A DNA stretch of 64,000 nucleotides, taken from the NCBI RefSeq assembly GCF_902713615.1, contig NW_024055744.1, positions 346,593 through 410,592 of the forward strand, written 5' to 3'. The notes beneath the pieces were generated by a model. That model made no database searches. It was not told the origin of the DNA and was given only the letters and a program-made list of their open reading frames with translations. Below, one piece after another: positions 34,470 through 48,185 of the stretch. The position numbers were made by a program, and so were the translations under genes. This DNA is from Scyliorhinus canicula (Eukaryota). Numbering within the stretch: position 1 is the first letter of the stretch; each line of letters starts with the position of its first letter.

Positions 34470-34957
34470 CTAAACCTCCTGCCCCTCATCTTGAACTTGT
34501 GTCTCCTTGTGACTGATCTTTCAACCAAGAGAAACAGCTGCTCCCTATCCACCCTGTCCAGGCCCCTCATGTCCACCTCGATCAGGTCACCCCTCAGCCT
34601 TTTGCTCCAACAAAAACAACACATGCCTGTCCAACTTCTCTTCATAACTAAATATTCCACCCAGGCAACATCCTGGTGAATCGCCTCTGCACCCCCTCCA
34701 GTGCAATCACATCCTTCCTATAATGTGGCGACCAGAACTGCACACAGTACTCCAGCTGTGCCCTCACCAAAGTTCAATACAGCTCCAACATGACCACCCT
34801 GCTTTTGTCATCTATGTGACTGGAGAAGTGTCTCGTATGCCTTTACGCCACACTATTAACCTGCCCTTCTGCCTTCAGAGATCTATGGACAAACACACCA
34901 AGATCCCTTTGTCAGACTTCCCAGTGTCAAACCATTCATTCAATGCTTCCCTTTGCA

Positions 34958-35296
34958 GGCAGCACGGTAGCATTGTGGATAGCCCAATTGCTTCACAGCT
35001 CCAGGGTCCCTGGTTCGATTCCAGCTTGGGTCACTATCTGTGTGGAGTCTGCACATCCTCCCCGTGTGTGCGTGGGTTTCCCCCGGGTGCTCCGGTTTTC
35101 TCCCACAGTCCAGAGGTGAGCAGGTTAGGTGGATTGGCCATGCTAAATTGCCCGTAGTGTCCAAAATTGCCCTTAGTGTTGGGTGGGGTTACTGGGTTAT
35201 GGGGATTGGGTGGAGGTGTTGACCTTGGGTAGGGTGTTCTTTCCAGGAGCCGATGCAGACTCGATGGGCTGAATGGACTGCACTGTAAATTCTATG
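34958..35296 (+). mobile_element. V-SINE
   Basis: ggcagcacggtagcattgtgg head, V-core, tail. Confidence 0.88.
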
Positions 35297-36097
35297 ATAA
35301 TTGTCAAATTACTCCTTCCAAAGCGTATCACCTCACACTTCTCAGGGTTAAATTCCATTTGTGACTTTTCTGCCCATTTGACCATCCCGTCTGTATCTTC
35401 CTGTAACCCAAGACACTCAACCTCACTGTTAACCACCCGGCCAAGCTGTGTGTTATCCACAAAGCATTGATCCTACCCCCCACATGGTCATCTATGTTGT
35501 TTATATAAATGATGAATAATCGGGGACCCAGCACAGATCCCTGTGGTACACCACTGGTCACTGGCTTCCAGTCACTGAAACAGCCGTCTGTCATCACCCT
35601 CTGTCTCCTACAGCTATGCCAATTTTCAATTCACCTTATCAAATTACCCCGTATCCCATGTGCATTTGCCGTCTTTTTCTGAGTCTGTCCTCGTTGGAGT
35701 TCAGAAGGATGAGGAGGGATCTTATTGAAACTTACAGGATACTGAGAGGCCTGGAGAGAGTGGACACGGAGAGGATGGTTCCACTAGTGGGAAAAACTAG
35801 AACCCGAGGGCACAGCCTCAGACTGAAGGGAAGATCCTTTAAAACTTAGATGAGGAAGAATTTCTTCTGCCAGAGGGTGGTGAATCTGTGGAACTGATTG
35901 CCACAGAAGGCTGTGGAGACCAAATCAGAGTGTCTTTAAGACAGACAAAGATAGCTTCTTGATTAATAAGAGGATCCTTATTAAGTAAGGATAAGGATCA
36001 TATTTTGTAAGGGGAGAGGGTAGGAGAATTAAGAGGAGAAACATATCAGCCATGATTGAATGGCGGAGCAGACTTGATGGGCCGAATGGTCTAATGT

Positions 36098-36319
36098 AAA
36101 AAAACATTTAGAGTACCAAATTCATTTTTTCCAATTAAGGGGCGATTTAGCGTGTTCAATCCACCTACCATGCGCATCTTTGGGTTGTGGGGACGAAACC
36201 CACGCAAACACACGGATAATGTGCAAACTCCACACGGACAGTAACCCAGAGCCGGGATCGAACCTGGGACCTCGGCGCCGTGAGACTGCAGTGCTACCAC
36301 TGCACCACCGTGCTGCCCA
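36098..36319 (-). mobile_element. Short V-SINE subfamily (A/T-rich tail)
   Basis: Head gggcagcacggtgg, shortened core gggtttcgtccccacaaccc. Confidence 0.85.
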
Positions 36320-36904
36320 GCCTAACTCGGCTCCTATGTCTTATGGTCTTAAATGTCTCCCATTGGGATCTTGTCAAAGGCTTGCTGAAGTCCCTGTAAA
36401 CTGCATCAACTGCACTACCTTCATCTACACAGCTCGTCACGTGCTCAAAAATGCAACCAAATTTGGTCGGCATGACTTCCCTCTGACAAAGCCATGCTGG
36501 TTATTCCTGATCAAATCCTGTCTCTGCAAGTGGAGATAGAGCCTCTCCAATAGTTTCCCTACCACTGAAATGAGACTCGCTGGTCTGCAGTTCCCTGGCT
36601 TATCTCGAGTGCCTTTCTTAAACAGTGGGACCACATTAGCTGATCTCCAGTCCTCTGGCAATTCCCCCGTGGCCAGAGAGGAATTAAAAATTTGTGTCAG
36701 AGCCCCTTCAATCTCCTCCCTCGCCTCCCATTGCAGTCTAGGGCACAACTCATCCGGACCTGCAGATTTGTCCACTTTTAAACCTGCCAACACCTCCAAT
36801 CCCAGGTCACTCCCGATGTTAATTTGCTCAGGAACCTCAGTCTCTGCCCAAGTTCCATATCTGCCTCCTCATTCTCTGGGGTGAAGATAAATGTGGTGTT
36901 CGTT

Positions 36905-37630
36905 CAACACCCTACGTCAGACTGCTGTTCATAGACTACAGCTCCACCTTCAGCACCATTATCCCAACAAAACTAATAACCAAACTCTGCAACCTTGGAC
37001 TTGACACCTCCCTGTGCAGCTGGATCCTTGACTCCCTAACCAACAGACTGCAATCTGTCAGGATAGGCAACAGCATCTCCCCCACAATAGTCCTCAATAC
37101 CAGGGCCCCGCGAGGTTGTGTGCTCAGTCCTCTACTGTACTCCTTATACACACACAAGACTGGGTGGCAAGCTTTAACTCCAATTCTATCTATAAGTTGC
37201 AAATTATACGAATGTGGTGGATCGTATCTCAAACAACGATGAGTCAGACTACAGAAGGGAGAAAGATCACTTGGTGTACCGAAAACAACCTCTCTCGAAA
37301 TGCCAGCAAAACCAAGGAACTGATCATCGACTTCAGGAAGTGTAGTATGACACACACCCCCGTCTACATCAATGGCTCTGAAGTGGGGATGGTCGATAGC
37401 TTAAAGTTCCTGGGGGGGTCACCATTACCTACCATTTGCCCTCGTCCACTCACATTGATGCAACAGTGAAGAAAGCCCAACAGTGTCTCTACGTCCAACG
37501 GAAACTAAAGAAATTAGGCATGTCCGCATCGACTCTCACAAACTTCCACAGATGTGCGATTGAGAGCATCCTGTCCGGCTGCATCACAGCCTGGTACGGC
37601 AACTGCTCGGCCCAAAATCGCAAGAAACTT
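36905..37630 (+). mobile_element. Rex1/Babar-like LINE RT fragment
   Basis: WCTENNLSRNASKTKELIIDFRK and ESILSGCITAWYGNC motifs; a matching-type 3' end (RTRTNRFINSFF) lies at 39890-40200. Confidence 0.75.
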
Positions 37631-37739
37631 GAATTAAAAAATCACAGCAGCCCAGGTGGTGTCTAACCAGGATTTTATATATCTCAGTGCTTCTCCAGTC
37701 ACACAGATTCCAGAAATCTTTACCGACAAACAAAACAGA

Positions 37740-39790
37740 CCAGAAGAAATAGGAACAGGAGTCAGTCATTCAGCCCTTTGAGCTGCTCCAGCATTTAATC
37801 AGATCACGACTGATCTAACTCTCACTCAGTCCACTTTCCTACCTTCCCTCACTAACTCTTAATTCCCCAACCGATTAAAAATATCAATCTCAGCCTTGCA
37901 ACTGATCAAGGACTCGGCCTCCACATTTCCTGTTGTAAATAATTCCAAGATTCACCAGTTTGGGAGAAGAAATTCTTTCCACATTTGGCAGTCCCTCCAA
38001 ACACAGCATCACACGAGTGAACCTCCTTTGTGCTACGTCCAATGATAATATATCTTTCCTTAAATAAGACTGTACACATTATTCTAAATGTAGCCTCACT
38101 GGTAGCTTGTACAGTTGCAGCTATACAACTTGTGTGTAGACTCCAGCCCCCTTGAAATAAAACATGGAGGACTAGGCTAAAACTATGGCCTCTCCTTCTA
38201 GGCTGTCTAACAAGGGGAAACATCCGCCCTATGTCTACCCCATCAATCCCCTTTAGCATCTTATATACCTCAATTAGATCTCCTCTCATTCTTCTAAACT
38301 CTACTGAGTATTGGCCTAAACTTCTCAAATCCCTCTTCACAAGACAATCAATCTAGTGAACCTTCTCTGAACTGCCTCTAATGCATTTATGTCATTGTCC
38401 AAGTAAGGTACCAAAACTGCAGCATTCCACATGTGGTCTCACCAACACCCTGTACAGTTACAACAGCACTGCCCTACTTTATACTCTATTCCATTAGCAA
38501 TGAAGCCAAAATTCCATTTGCCTTCCTTATTACCTGCTGCACCTGCAGACTGTCTGCGATCCATGCACAAGGGCACCAAGATACCTTTGTACAAAAGCAT
38601 TTTGAACTTTCTCTCCATTTAGATAATAAGGTGCCTCTTTATTCCTCTCACCAAAATGGATAACCACCACTTATGCACGTTAAATTCCATCTGTCACATT
38701 TTTGCCCACTCACCTATTTCTCATTTCAGCTTGCTTTCCCACCCATTTCAGTGTTAGCTGCAAATTTGGCTATTGTAAGACCATAAGATATAGAAGCAGA
38801 ATTAGGCCACTCGGCCCATCGGGTCTGCTCCGCCAATCAATCATGGCTGATATTTTCTCATCCCCATTCTCTTGCCTTCTCCCCATAATCCCTAATCCCC
38901 TTATTAATCAAGAACCTATTTATGTCTTAAAGACACTCAGTAATTTGGCCTCCACAGCCTTCTGCGGCAAAGAGCTCCGCAGATTCACCACCCTCAGGCT
39001 GAAGAAACTCCTCCTCATCTCTGTTTTAAAGGATCGTCCCTTTAGTCTGAGATGGTGTCTTCTGGTTCTAGATTTTCCTACAAGTGGAAACATCCTCTCC
39101 ATGTCCACTCTATCCAGGCCTCGCAGTATCCTGTAAGTTTCAATAAGGTCCCCCCTAATCCTTCTAAACTCCAACAGACCCAGAGTCCTCAACCGTTCCT
39201 CATACGATAAGCTCATCATTCCAGGGATCATTCTTGGGGAAACTCCTCTGGACCCTTTCCAAGGCCAGCACATCCTTCCTTAAATATGGAGCCCCAAACC
39301 ACTCACAATACTCCAAATGGGGTCTGTCCAGAGCCATATACAACCTCAGAAGCACATCCCTGGTCTTGTATTCAAGCCCTCTTGACATGAATGCTAGCAT
39401 TGCATTTGCCTTCTTAACTGCCGACTGAACCTGCACATTAATCTTCAGAGAATTGTGAACAAGGACTCCCAAGTCCCTTTGTGCTTCTGATTTCCTCATC
39501 ATTTCCCCATTTAGAAAATAGCCGATGCCTAAATTTCTCCTTCCAAAGTGTATAACCTCACACTTTTCCACGTTGTATTTAATTTGCCACTTTATTGCCC
39601 ACTCTCCAAGCTTGTCCAAGTCCTTCTGCAGCCCCCTTGCTTCCTCAATACTACCTGTCCCTCTACAAATCTTTGGATCATCTGCAAACTTAGCAACAGT
39701 GCCTTCAGTACCTTCTTCCAGATCATGAATCATACAGTCTATCTCTCCCATAATCATGAATATAGACTGTAAATAGTTGGGGGCCAAGGA
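37740..39790 (-). mobile_element. Stacked CR1 fragments
   Basis: KFADDPKI, RPHLEYC, LEFRRIRGDLIET. Confidence 0.85.
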
Positions 39791-40299
39791 CCGAACCCTG
39801 TGGCACACCACTAGTTACAGCTTGCCAACCAGAAAAAGACAGAAGAGTATAATCATGGACCCCTCACAATTGTGGTATTTTCTCTTCCATTGGGCAGAAG
39901 ATACTAAAGTCTGAGAACACGCACCAACAGATTCATAAACAGTTTCTTCCATGCTGTTACCAGACTCCTGAATGACCCTCTTATGGACTGAACTGATCTC
40001 TCCACGGCATCTTCTCCACTGAATAGTACTACACTCCTAATGCTTCATCCCATATCATTGAATTTACATTGTGTTTTTATTGTATGTCCGATGTTTTTCA
40101 TGCATGGAACAATCTGCCTGGACTGTACCCAGAACAATAATTTTCACTGTACCTCGGTACATGTGTGAATAAATATAATTCTAATCTAAATCTAATATAA
40201 TCTAATCCCCACTCTCTGCTGTTGGTTAGCCAATCCTCTATCCAAGTTTGTATATTACCTCTTGGCCCCGTGGGATCTTATCTTGTTTATTACAAAGAA

Positions 40300-41530
40300 A
40301 AGTACAGCACAGGAACAGGCCCTTCAGCCCTCCAAGCCTGTGCTGACCATGCTGCCTGTCTAAACTAAAATCTTCTACACTTCCGGGGCCCGTATACCTC
40401 TATTTCCATCCTATCATGTATTTGTCAAGATGCCCCTTAACTTCACTATCGTCCCTGCTTCCACCACCTTCTATGACGTTGCCAGTTATATATCCACCTT
40501 GCCAGCTCATCTCTAATCCTGTGTGACTTCACCTTTTGTGCCAGTCTGCCATCAGGGACCTTGTCAAATGGCTTACTGAAGTCCACATAGACCACATCCA
40601 CTGCCCTACCTGCATCAATCATCTTTTTGACCTCCCCTTCACAAAACCATGCTGCATTTCGCTAATACGTCCACTTGCTTCCAAATGGGAGTAGATCCTG
40701 TCTCGAAGAATTCTCTCCAGTAATTTCCCTACCACTGACGTAATGCTCACCGGCCTGTAGTTCCCTGGATTATCCTTGCAACCCTTCTTAAACAAAGGAA
40801 CAACATTGGCTATTCTCCAGTCCTCCCGGACATCACCTGAAGAGAGTGAGGATTCAAAGATTTCTGTCAAGGCTTCAGCAATTTCCTCTCTGGCCTCCTT
40901 TCGCATTCTAGGATAGATCCCATCAGGCTCTGGGGACTTATCCACCTTAATATTTTTCAAGACTCCCAACATCTCACCTTTTTGGATCTCAATGTGACCC
41001 AGGCTATCTACACACCCTTCTCCAGACTCCACATCCAACAATTCCTTTTCTTTAGTGAATGCTTTTAAAAAAATAAATTTAGAGTACCCAATTAATATTT
41101 TCCCAATTAAGGGGCAATTTAGCGTGGCCAATCCACCTACTCTGCACATCTTTGGGTTGTGGGGGTGAAACCCACGCAAACACGGGGAGAATGTGCAAAC
41201 TCCACACGGACAGTGACCCATAGCCAGGATCGAACCTGGGACCTCAGCGCCGTGAGACTACAGGGCTAACCCACTGCGCTGCCCGTTCTTTGGTGAATAC
41301 TGATGCAAAGTATTCATTTCATACTTCGCCCATTTCCTCTGGCTCCACACATAGATTCCCTTCCCTGTCCTTCAATGGGCCAACCCTTTCCCTGGCAACC
41401 CTCTTGCTTTTTATGTACATGTAAAAAGCTGTGGGATTTTCCTTAACCCTATTTGCCAATGACTTTTCGTGACCTCTTTGAGCCCTCCTGACTCCTTGCT
41501 TAAGTTCTTTCCTACTTTCCTTATGTTCCA
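40300..41530 (-). mobile_element. CR1 ORF2 fragment interrupted by a SINE
   Basis: DWRIANVVPLFKKG, NYRPVSITSVVGKLLE, QHGFVKGRS. Confidence 0.85.
41061..41284 (-). mobile_element. Short V-SINE with 13-bp TSD
   Basis: TTCTTTAGTGAAT / TTCTTTGGTGAAT flanks. Confidence 0.85.
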
Positions 41531-41899
41531 CACAGGCTTTGTCTGTCCCCAGCCTTCTAGCCCTGACAAATGCCTCCTTCCTCTTTTGTGTGACACCTTA
41601 TCAAATGTATTCTGGGAGTCCAAATACGTCAACAGGACCCCATTATCCACTTGGCTTGTTACATCTTCCAAGAACCCCAACAAATGATTCAAAGATGATC
41701 TACCCTTCACAAAACCACGCTGACTCGGATGGATTGAAGTTTGACTTTCAAAATGTCCAGTTACTACTTCCTCAACATGGATTCCAACAGTTTACCAACA
41801 ACAGGTTTAAAACTAACAAGTTACCTACTTTCGGCCTTTTTGAACAGAGGGGTTACATTAGACTTTTCCACTAATGCAGTGACATTGTCACTGGGTCAG

Positions 41900-42620
41900 T
41901 GTCTCTCCCCCTCCCTCCCTTCTTTGGTCTCTGTGAGGTTGTTTGTGGAGAGAAGCCGGAAGTGACGGACAGTGAGAGTGTCGAATGTTCATTGTTTCAC
42001 ATTCGGCTCTGGGGCCGCACTGGGGTTTGTAAACCCCGCCCCACGACACTGACCTCTCACCTGACACCTCACAATGCGCGAAGTGATTGACGGCAGCACC
42101 TAACCAATAGGCAAAGAGTGGGCGGGTCCGGGGGACTGATCGGGAGTGACTGGTCCTCCAACCAATCAGTGTGAATGAGGAGGCAGGACTGGGCTGAGTG
42201 AAGTATGCGCAGTGTGATTAATGGCGATGGAGAAAATGTTCTTTCTCGGATTCACAATCCGTGAAGGTGGGAATGGCGGGACGGGGGTTGAGGGACGGGG
42301 GGAGAGCTCGATCAGGCGGGTAATTAGAACGCTTCGTGTTATATAAACCGAAAATCCGTAAAAATAACCAACCGGCACCTGGAGATCTGAGCGGGAGCTG
42401 CAGCTTTCTCACAGACAGGATTAAGCAAACGCCATCTTTATTTGGCTCTGGCAGACGTGCGCATGCGCCGTCTCAATATTGGGTTACTCGCAGCAGTGGG
42501 CATGCGCCATCGGCATCCTTCTTTGGCTCACTAGCGGCAGTGCGCATACGCATCCACCATCTTTATTGGCGCACGTACATCAGAGCGCATGCTCAGTCGC
42601 CAACATTGTTGGGGGCAACA
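41900..42620. promoter_or_regulatory. CpG-island-like promoter, copy 2 (paralog of 18400-19100)
   Basis: ccggaagtga ETS, CCAAT boxes, gcgcatgcgc NRF1, cgccatctt YY1-like; - strand donor CAG|GTGAGA at ~42060. Confidence 0.65.
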
Positions 42621-44124
42621 TTTTTGAAACGTTCGTTCATGACAGAATGTTCAGCAAACTGCTTCACTCTGAGTTACAAATTCCTATTTATGGGGCAGAA
42701 TATATGTCCAGGGTAGTGACAATAATTCTAATTTATATTGTGAACAGAATAAAACGTTTAAGACTTTCAGAGAAACGTTACAAAGTGACAATTGACACTG
42801 AGCCACATGAGGAGATTAGATTTTAAGGACAATCTTAACGGAGGAAAGTGAGTCGGAGAGTTTTAAGGAGGAAATTGCGGCCTTGGCAACACAGTAATGG
42901 TGGAGAGATTAAAATTGGGAATGCTGAAGTGGCTGGAATTAAATAAGTGCAGATATCTCAAAGGGTGTGTGTGGAGGAGATTACAGTGATCAATATGATC
43001 ATTACCATGGAGGAAAATAATGAGAAATTTAAACTTCTTGTGCCTTTTAAAAGGAAACATTTGTAGATCAGTGGGCACGGGCTGGTATGAGTAAGCACTT
43101 GGGTAGCAGAGTTTGGGATGGGATGGAGGGGGTTTAATGTTGGAGTTCGGCTGCGAGTGCGTTGGAATAATTTGTTTGAGAGTTAACAGAAGAATAGATA
43201 ATGGTTTCTGCAGCAGATGAATAGAGACTAAAGTGGAGTTGAGCTATGTTCCTGAGGTCGAAATCGGCAATCTTGGTGATGATGTGGATCTGTGGTCAAG
43301 AGCTCATCTCGGGGTGAAATATTTCACCCGGGCTGTGAACAGTCTGCTTCAGCCTCAGACATTTGACAGGAATGGAATTGGTGGCAAGGGAGTGGAGTTT
43401 GTAGAGGGGACAGGAAGGGAATGGGTTCAGTCTTGTCAATATTTAAATGAAGGAAAGTTCTGCTCACCCAGCACTGGATGTCAGACAAGTTTGGACAGTG
43501 TGTGGCTTGGAATGGAACTTGCAGGTGGTGATGTTCACATACATCTGCTGTCCTGCTCCATCCAGGTGGTGGAGGTTAAGTGTTTAGGAGATTCTGTCAA
43601 ATTGTGATTCATTTGTTGGTCCATTGCTTCCTGTTACCCTCACTCCGTTCCCACTCTCTCTCCCTTTCCCTCAATCTTTTTGACTCTCTCTCCCCCACTA
43701 CTCACTCTCTTTCTCTCTCACTCTGTTTCTCACATAGAATTCTCTAGCCCAGAGGGTTGTGGATGATAATAACAATAATCATTATTGTAGGCTTACACTA
43801 ACACTGCAATGAAGTTACTGTGACCATCACTGAATATATTTAAGGCTGAGATGGTGAGATTTTTAGTCTCTCAGGAAGTCGAAGGACATAGAGAGCTAAC
43901 GGGAAAGTGGAATTGAAGACTGAGATCAACCACAATCGTGTTCAACGGCAGAGCAGGTTCGACGGGCCGAATGGTCTACTTCAGCTCATATTTCTTGTGT
44001 CCTTGCAGAGGCCTGAATCTTGTGTGGGCTCAGGCCGGTGGCAGGCTCCCTTCCCTGAAGGACATTAACAAACTAATTCACTTTTCACAAAAGGTTCAAC
44101 AGTTTTCGCAGTCACTTTTTCCCA

Positions 44125-44680
44125 GTGCCGGCCTCACAAATTACCAGATTCATTCAGCTCAATTTCACAACCTGCCTTTGTGTTTTTGTGGGATCTCTCT
44201 CACTCCCTTTTTTCTGTTTTAAATCAGTTTCGCAGGGTATGAGCAGGGAAGGATGTGCAATTGGGAAACTCCAACCAAACACCACATCAAAATCTGACAG
44301 CGGTGTAACTGATCGGAACCTGAATATCATCAGATTTTGAACATGGAACACAGTTCACAGTGGGGACAAACCGTACATGTGTTCTGTGTGTGGACGAAGC
44401 TTCAGCCGATCATCTGGCCTGTCAAAACACAAGCGCAGTCACAGCAGGGAGAAACCATGGAAATGTGGGGACTGTGGCAAGGAGTTCAATTACCCATCTG
44501 ACCTGGCAACCCAGGTGCTTCGACTGTGGTTCTGGGTTCAGACGATCGTCTCAACTCACTCTGCAGCAGCAGATTCACACTGGGGAGAGACCACTCACCT
44601 GCTCCCAGTGTGGAAAGGGTTCATTCATTCAGGCAACCTGCTGAGACACCAGCGGGTTCACAAGTACCTGCTGTGATTGA
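44125..44680 (+). pseudogene. C2H2 ZNF pseudogene, inverted paralog of ZNF-1/2
   Basis: Same intron end and acceptor; frameshifting deletion after ATG; junction at ~44511 joins finger 2 to a [11 protein letters not shown] finger; second frameshift. Confidence 0.88.
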
Positions 44681-45087
44681 ATTTTGCTGTTAATCACATC
44701 CAGGAATGAACCATGTTTATCGGACTCGGTTTTGACTCATATTTATAAACGTTATAAGGGATAATATTCTGGATAAAAGTCAATTATTTAACACAATTGT
44801 GTTGAATCTTTTAACATTCCATCACAAGTTTGTTCCATTTGAAGATCTCTCCCTCTCCCCGTCTCCTCCATCCTCACCTCACATGTGTGGAGTTCATGAA
44901 GCTTCATTCTCATTAAAATTGAGACAATCTGAGCAGCTGCCTCTGCTGCTTTCCTCTAATCCACTGGGCCAAACTGTCTCGATAATTCCACCTGGCCTGA
45001 GCTCTGAACTCATCTATCTCCAGTTTCTCTCTGACCCTCTATCTTCCTCAGAGCTCATCTTGTCCATTAGACCTGCCTCCTGCCCCC

Positions 45088-45345
45088 GGGACCTGGGTTT
45101 GGTTCCGGCTTGGGTCAGTGTCTGTGCGGAGTCTGCACGTTCTCCCCGTGTCTGTGTGGGTTTCTTCTGGGTGCTCCGGTTTCCTCCCACAAACCGTGTT
45201 TATTGGGTGAATTAGACATTCTGAATTCTCCCTCTGTGTACCCGAACTGGCGCTGGAATGTGGTGACTAGGGGGTTTTCACAGTAACTTCATTGCAGTGT
45301 TAATGTAAACCTACTTGTGACAATAATAAAGATTGTTTGATTATT
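45088..45345 (+). mobile_element. V-SINE, alternative tail, 5'-truncated
   Basis: V-core plus tail cttgtgacaataataaagatt. Confidence 0.8.
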
Positions 45346-45399
45346 ATTATTTAACCAGATTCTCACAAACTGCTGACCATTCAACTTCTCCATGTTGTG

Positions 45400-46230
45400 T
45401 GATATTGTGAATAGCTCTGTCTCTCGGTCCTGTTGCTTGTCTTTAAATGCACCATCATCACCCATCCTAAAACAATATTTAACTCCACCATCATTGCAAA
45501 CCACTGCATCAAAACCTCCCTTTCCTCTCCAAAGTCCATGTACTTGGTGTTCCCAAGGATCTATCCTCGGCCCCTCCTATTTCCCATCTGCAAGCTGCCA
45601 CTGGGTGACATCATCCCAAAGCACCGTGTTAGTTTTCACATGTACACTGACAACACCCAGCTATACCTCACCCCAATCCCTCTCCATTTCTCCACTGTTA
45701 CTAAATTATCAAACTGCTTATCCCACATCCGGTACTGGATGAGCAGAAATTTCCTCCAATTAAATATTGGGAAGACCAAAGCCATTGTCTTCAGTCACCA
45801 TTCGAAATTCCCTTTCCTAACTCCCGAGTCCATCCCTCTCCCTGGGAACAGTCTGAGGCTGAACCACACTCTGCACAATCTCTGTGTCAGATCTGACCCC
45901 AAGATGAGTTTCTGACTATATATCCAAACCATCACTAATAACAGATACTTCAATCTCCATAATGTCGCCAGTCTCCACCCCACACCCCAGCTCATCTGCT
46001 GCTGAAACCCTCATCCATGTCCCTGTTACCTTTAGACTTGATTCCAATACATTCCTCCCCTGCCTCTCACATTCACCCCACACGGAAACGTGAGATCATC
46101 CAAACCTCTGCTGGCCATGTATTTTCTCACACAAAGTCCTGTTCACCATCGCCCCTATCCTCACTGACCTACATTGGCTCAGATTAAACAATGTCTCCAT
46201 TATAAAATTTGCATTCATGTTGTCAAATCT
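45400..46230 (+). mobile_element. L2 LINE RT fragment
   Basis: LPLGDIIPKHRVSFHMYTDNTQLYL (YADD region), NFLQLNIGKT. Confidence 0.85.
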
Positions 46231-46259
46231 CTCCATGGCCATGAACATCATCAGTCTTT

Positions 46260-46520
46260 AACCATGGAAGCAAAGAGCCCTGTTCAATGTGGGAGAAACA
46301 GTTCACGTGTTCTGAATGTGGATGATATTTTAGCCGATGGTCTGACCTTTTGAACGATATGTAGTCACGCTGGAAGAAACCTTGGAAATCTGGGGGCTGT
46401 GGAATAGATTTAATCAGACCGGGAGATTCATCGAACTGTTCACACTGAGGAGCGACCGTTAATGTTCTCCGTGTGTGGAGGAAGAGATTCACTCAGTTCA
46501 CCAGCCTCACTTCATCATGG
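46260..46520 (+). pseudogene. Highly decayed ZNF relic
   Basis: ccatggaa...cacgtgttctgaatgtgg...aaaccttggaaat...cacactgaggagcgaccgtt...ttcactcagtt finger/linker remnants. Confidence 0.6.
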
Positions 46521-46884
46521 TCAATCTGTACTGGACTGGTACCAAGTCCAATGTATCTTTCCTGAAATTGGTGGCCAGTACGGAACACAGTTCATGCAGG
46601 AAAAGACAGCAGGAATTTCTCTAATCTGTGATTTACAAGGACACATTCTTGGTTCCCAGCAGTTACGCTTCTGCAGTAATTTCCTCATTTTCCCTAAACT
46701 ACCCTGCCTGTTAATTCTATTATTTCTGATAATTCCATTGCTGTAGCGAAAACATCACACATTAGAATTTAATTTGTTCCATTATTCACTCTGGTTTAAG
46801 TTTATGTTGAGGTTAACAACAGGCAAACTCTGTCCTCTCCCCGATCCGATTACAGTTTCCAATGAGTGGATTCTGTGGAATGAA

Positions 46885-47012
46885 ATGTCTGATCAGCGTT
46901 TCCACGGTGACCTGTCTGCAGAGAAAGAATGTCTTATCAGCGTTTCCACGGTGATCTGTCTGCAGTGCAGGAATGTCTGATCAGCGTTTCCATGGTGACC
47001 TGTCTGCAATGA
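46885..47012. repeat. 44-bp tandem repeat, 3 copies
   Basis: atcagcgtttcca at 46892, 46936, 46980. Confidence 0.9.
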
Positions 47013-47449
47013 AGTGCCTGTTTGATTTTCTAACTTCTCTCCCATAACACACATTATATCAGACATTGGATGTCAATATATTTCAGCCATGTTTTGTTAA
47101 TGTTTCCAAAACCCTAAAAGGAGTTCAGATACACAAACTTTTCAATGTGGGAGGACAAGTTGATAAAGCGTTTAAAAAACACATGGGATCCAAGGTTTTA
47201 TAATTCTGGGTGTGGAGTACAAAAGGACAGAGGTCATGTAAACCTGTACAGATCATTGGTTAGGCTGCAGTTGGAATATTAGATCAGGTTTTGGGGATCT
47301 TGCACCAGGAAGGATGTCAAGGCCTTGGAGAGGGTGTAGAAAAGATTCACTGAGATGATCCCAGGGAAGAGAGGCTTTAGTTACCAGGAGGGATTAGAGA
47401 AACTGGGGCTCTTTTCATTCGAACAACGGCTGACTGGAGATCAGAGGGA

Positions 47450-47738
47450 GGGGTTTTGATTCCGGCCTTGGGTGACTCTGTAGGGTTTGCACTTCCTCCC
47501 CGTGTCTGCGTGAGTTCCTTCCGGGTGCTCCAATTTCCTCCCTCAGTCCAAAGATTGTAGCGCTAACAAGATACACAGGTTAGGTGGATTGGCCATAATA
47601 AGAGATTTCCCCTGTCCAAAGGTTAGGTGGGGTTCTGGGGATAGGGTGGAGGAGTGGTCCTGAGTGAGGTGCCATATTGGAGGGTCAGTGCAGACCTGAT
47701 GGGCTGAATGGCCTCCTTCTGCATTGTAGAGATTCTAT
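47450..47738 (+). mobile_element. V-SINE, 5'-truncated
   Basis: V-core and CR1-like tail. Confidence 0.8.
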
Positions 47739-47994
47739 GGAACAGAAAAAGACACATATGAAATATCAAGCAGACTGTACAACAATGTTCAGTACTCTCA
47801 CTGTACCTTTGGGCCTGCGTGGTGGTGGTGGTGGGGGGGGGGGGGGGGGGGGGGGGGGGGGAGAGACAGTGGGGGGACCGGTGATGGTTTCTATTATGTC
47901 TGAATGAAATGTAATTTTTAAAGTGAAGGGTGTCTGTACTGGAAAATCTGAGTACCAAGTGCCAGCTTGAACCATTCTCCAATCAGTTACAACA

Positions 47995-48185
47995 CAGCTC
48001 CCTCTACGTTGCCCCATGAAACATTCCCAAGACTGATACAAAATGGTGTTAGAAGCAGAGTAAATCTCCCTCGATGCTGTCCCCATCAAACACTCCCATG
48101 ATAGGTATAGCACAAGGTTGGGTACAATGTAAATGGTCCTCTGCACTGTCCCCATCAAACAGTCAAAGGACAGGTACAGCATACC
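47995..48185 (-). repeat. Degenerate reverse copies (~2.5 units) of the 69-bp minisatellite
   Basis: ctgtccccatcaaacactccca...acaggtacagca. Confidence 0.75.

Larger units (their letters stand above)
33430..35680 (-). mobile_element. Older CR1 (host), interrupted by a young CR1 and a SINE
   Basis: Tail at 33430; ...ccccactaaa|cctcctgccc continuity across the insert; DWKPVTSGVPQGSVLGP at ~35550. Confidence 0.8.
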
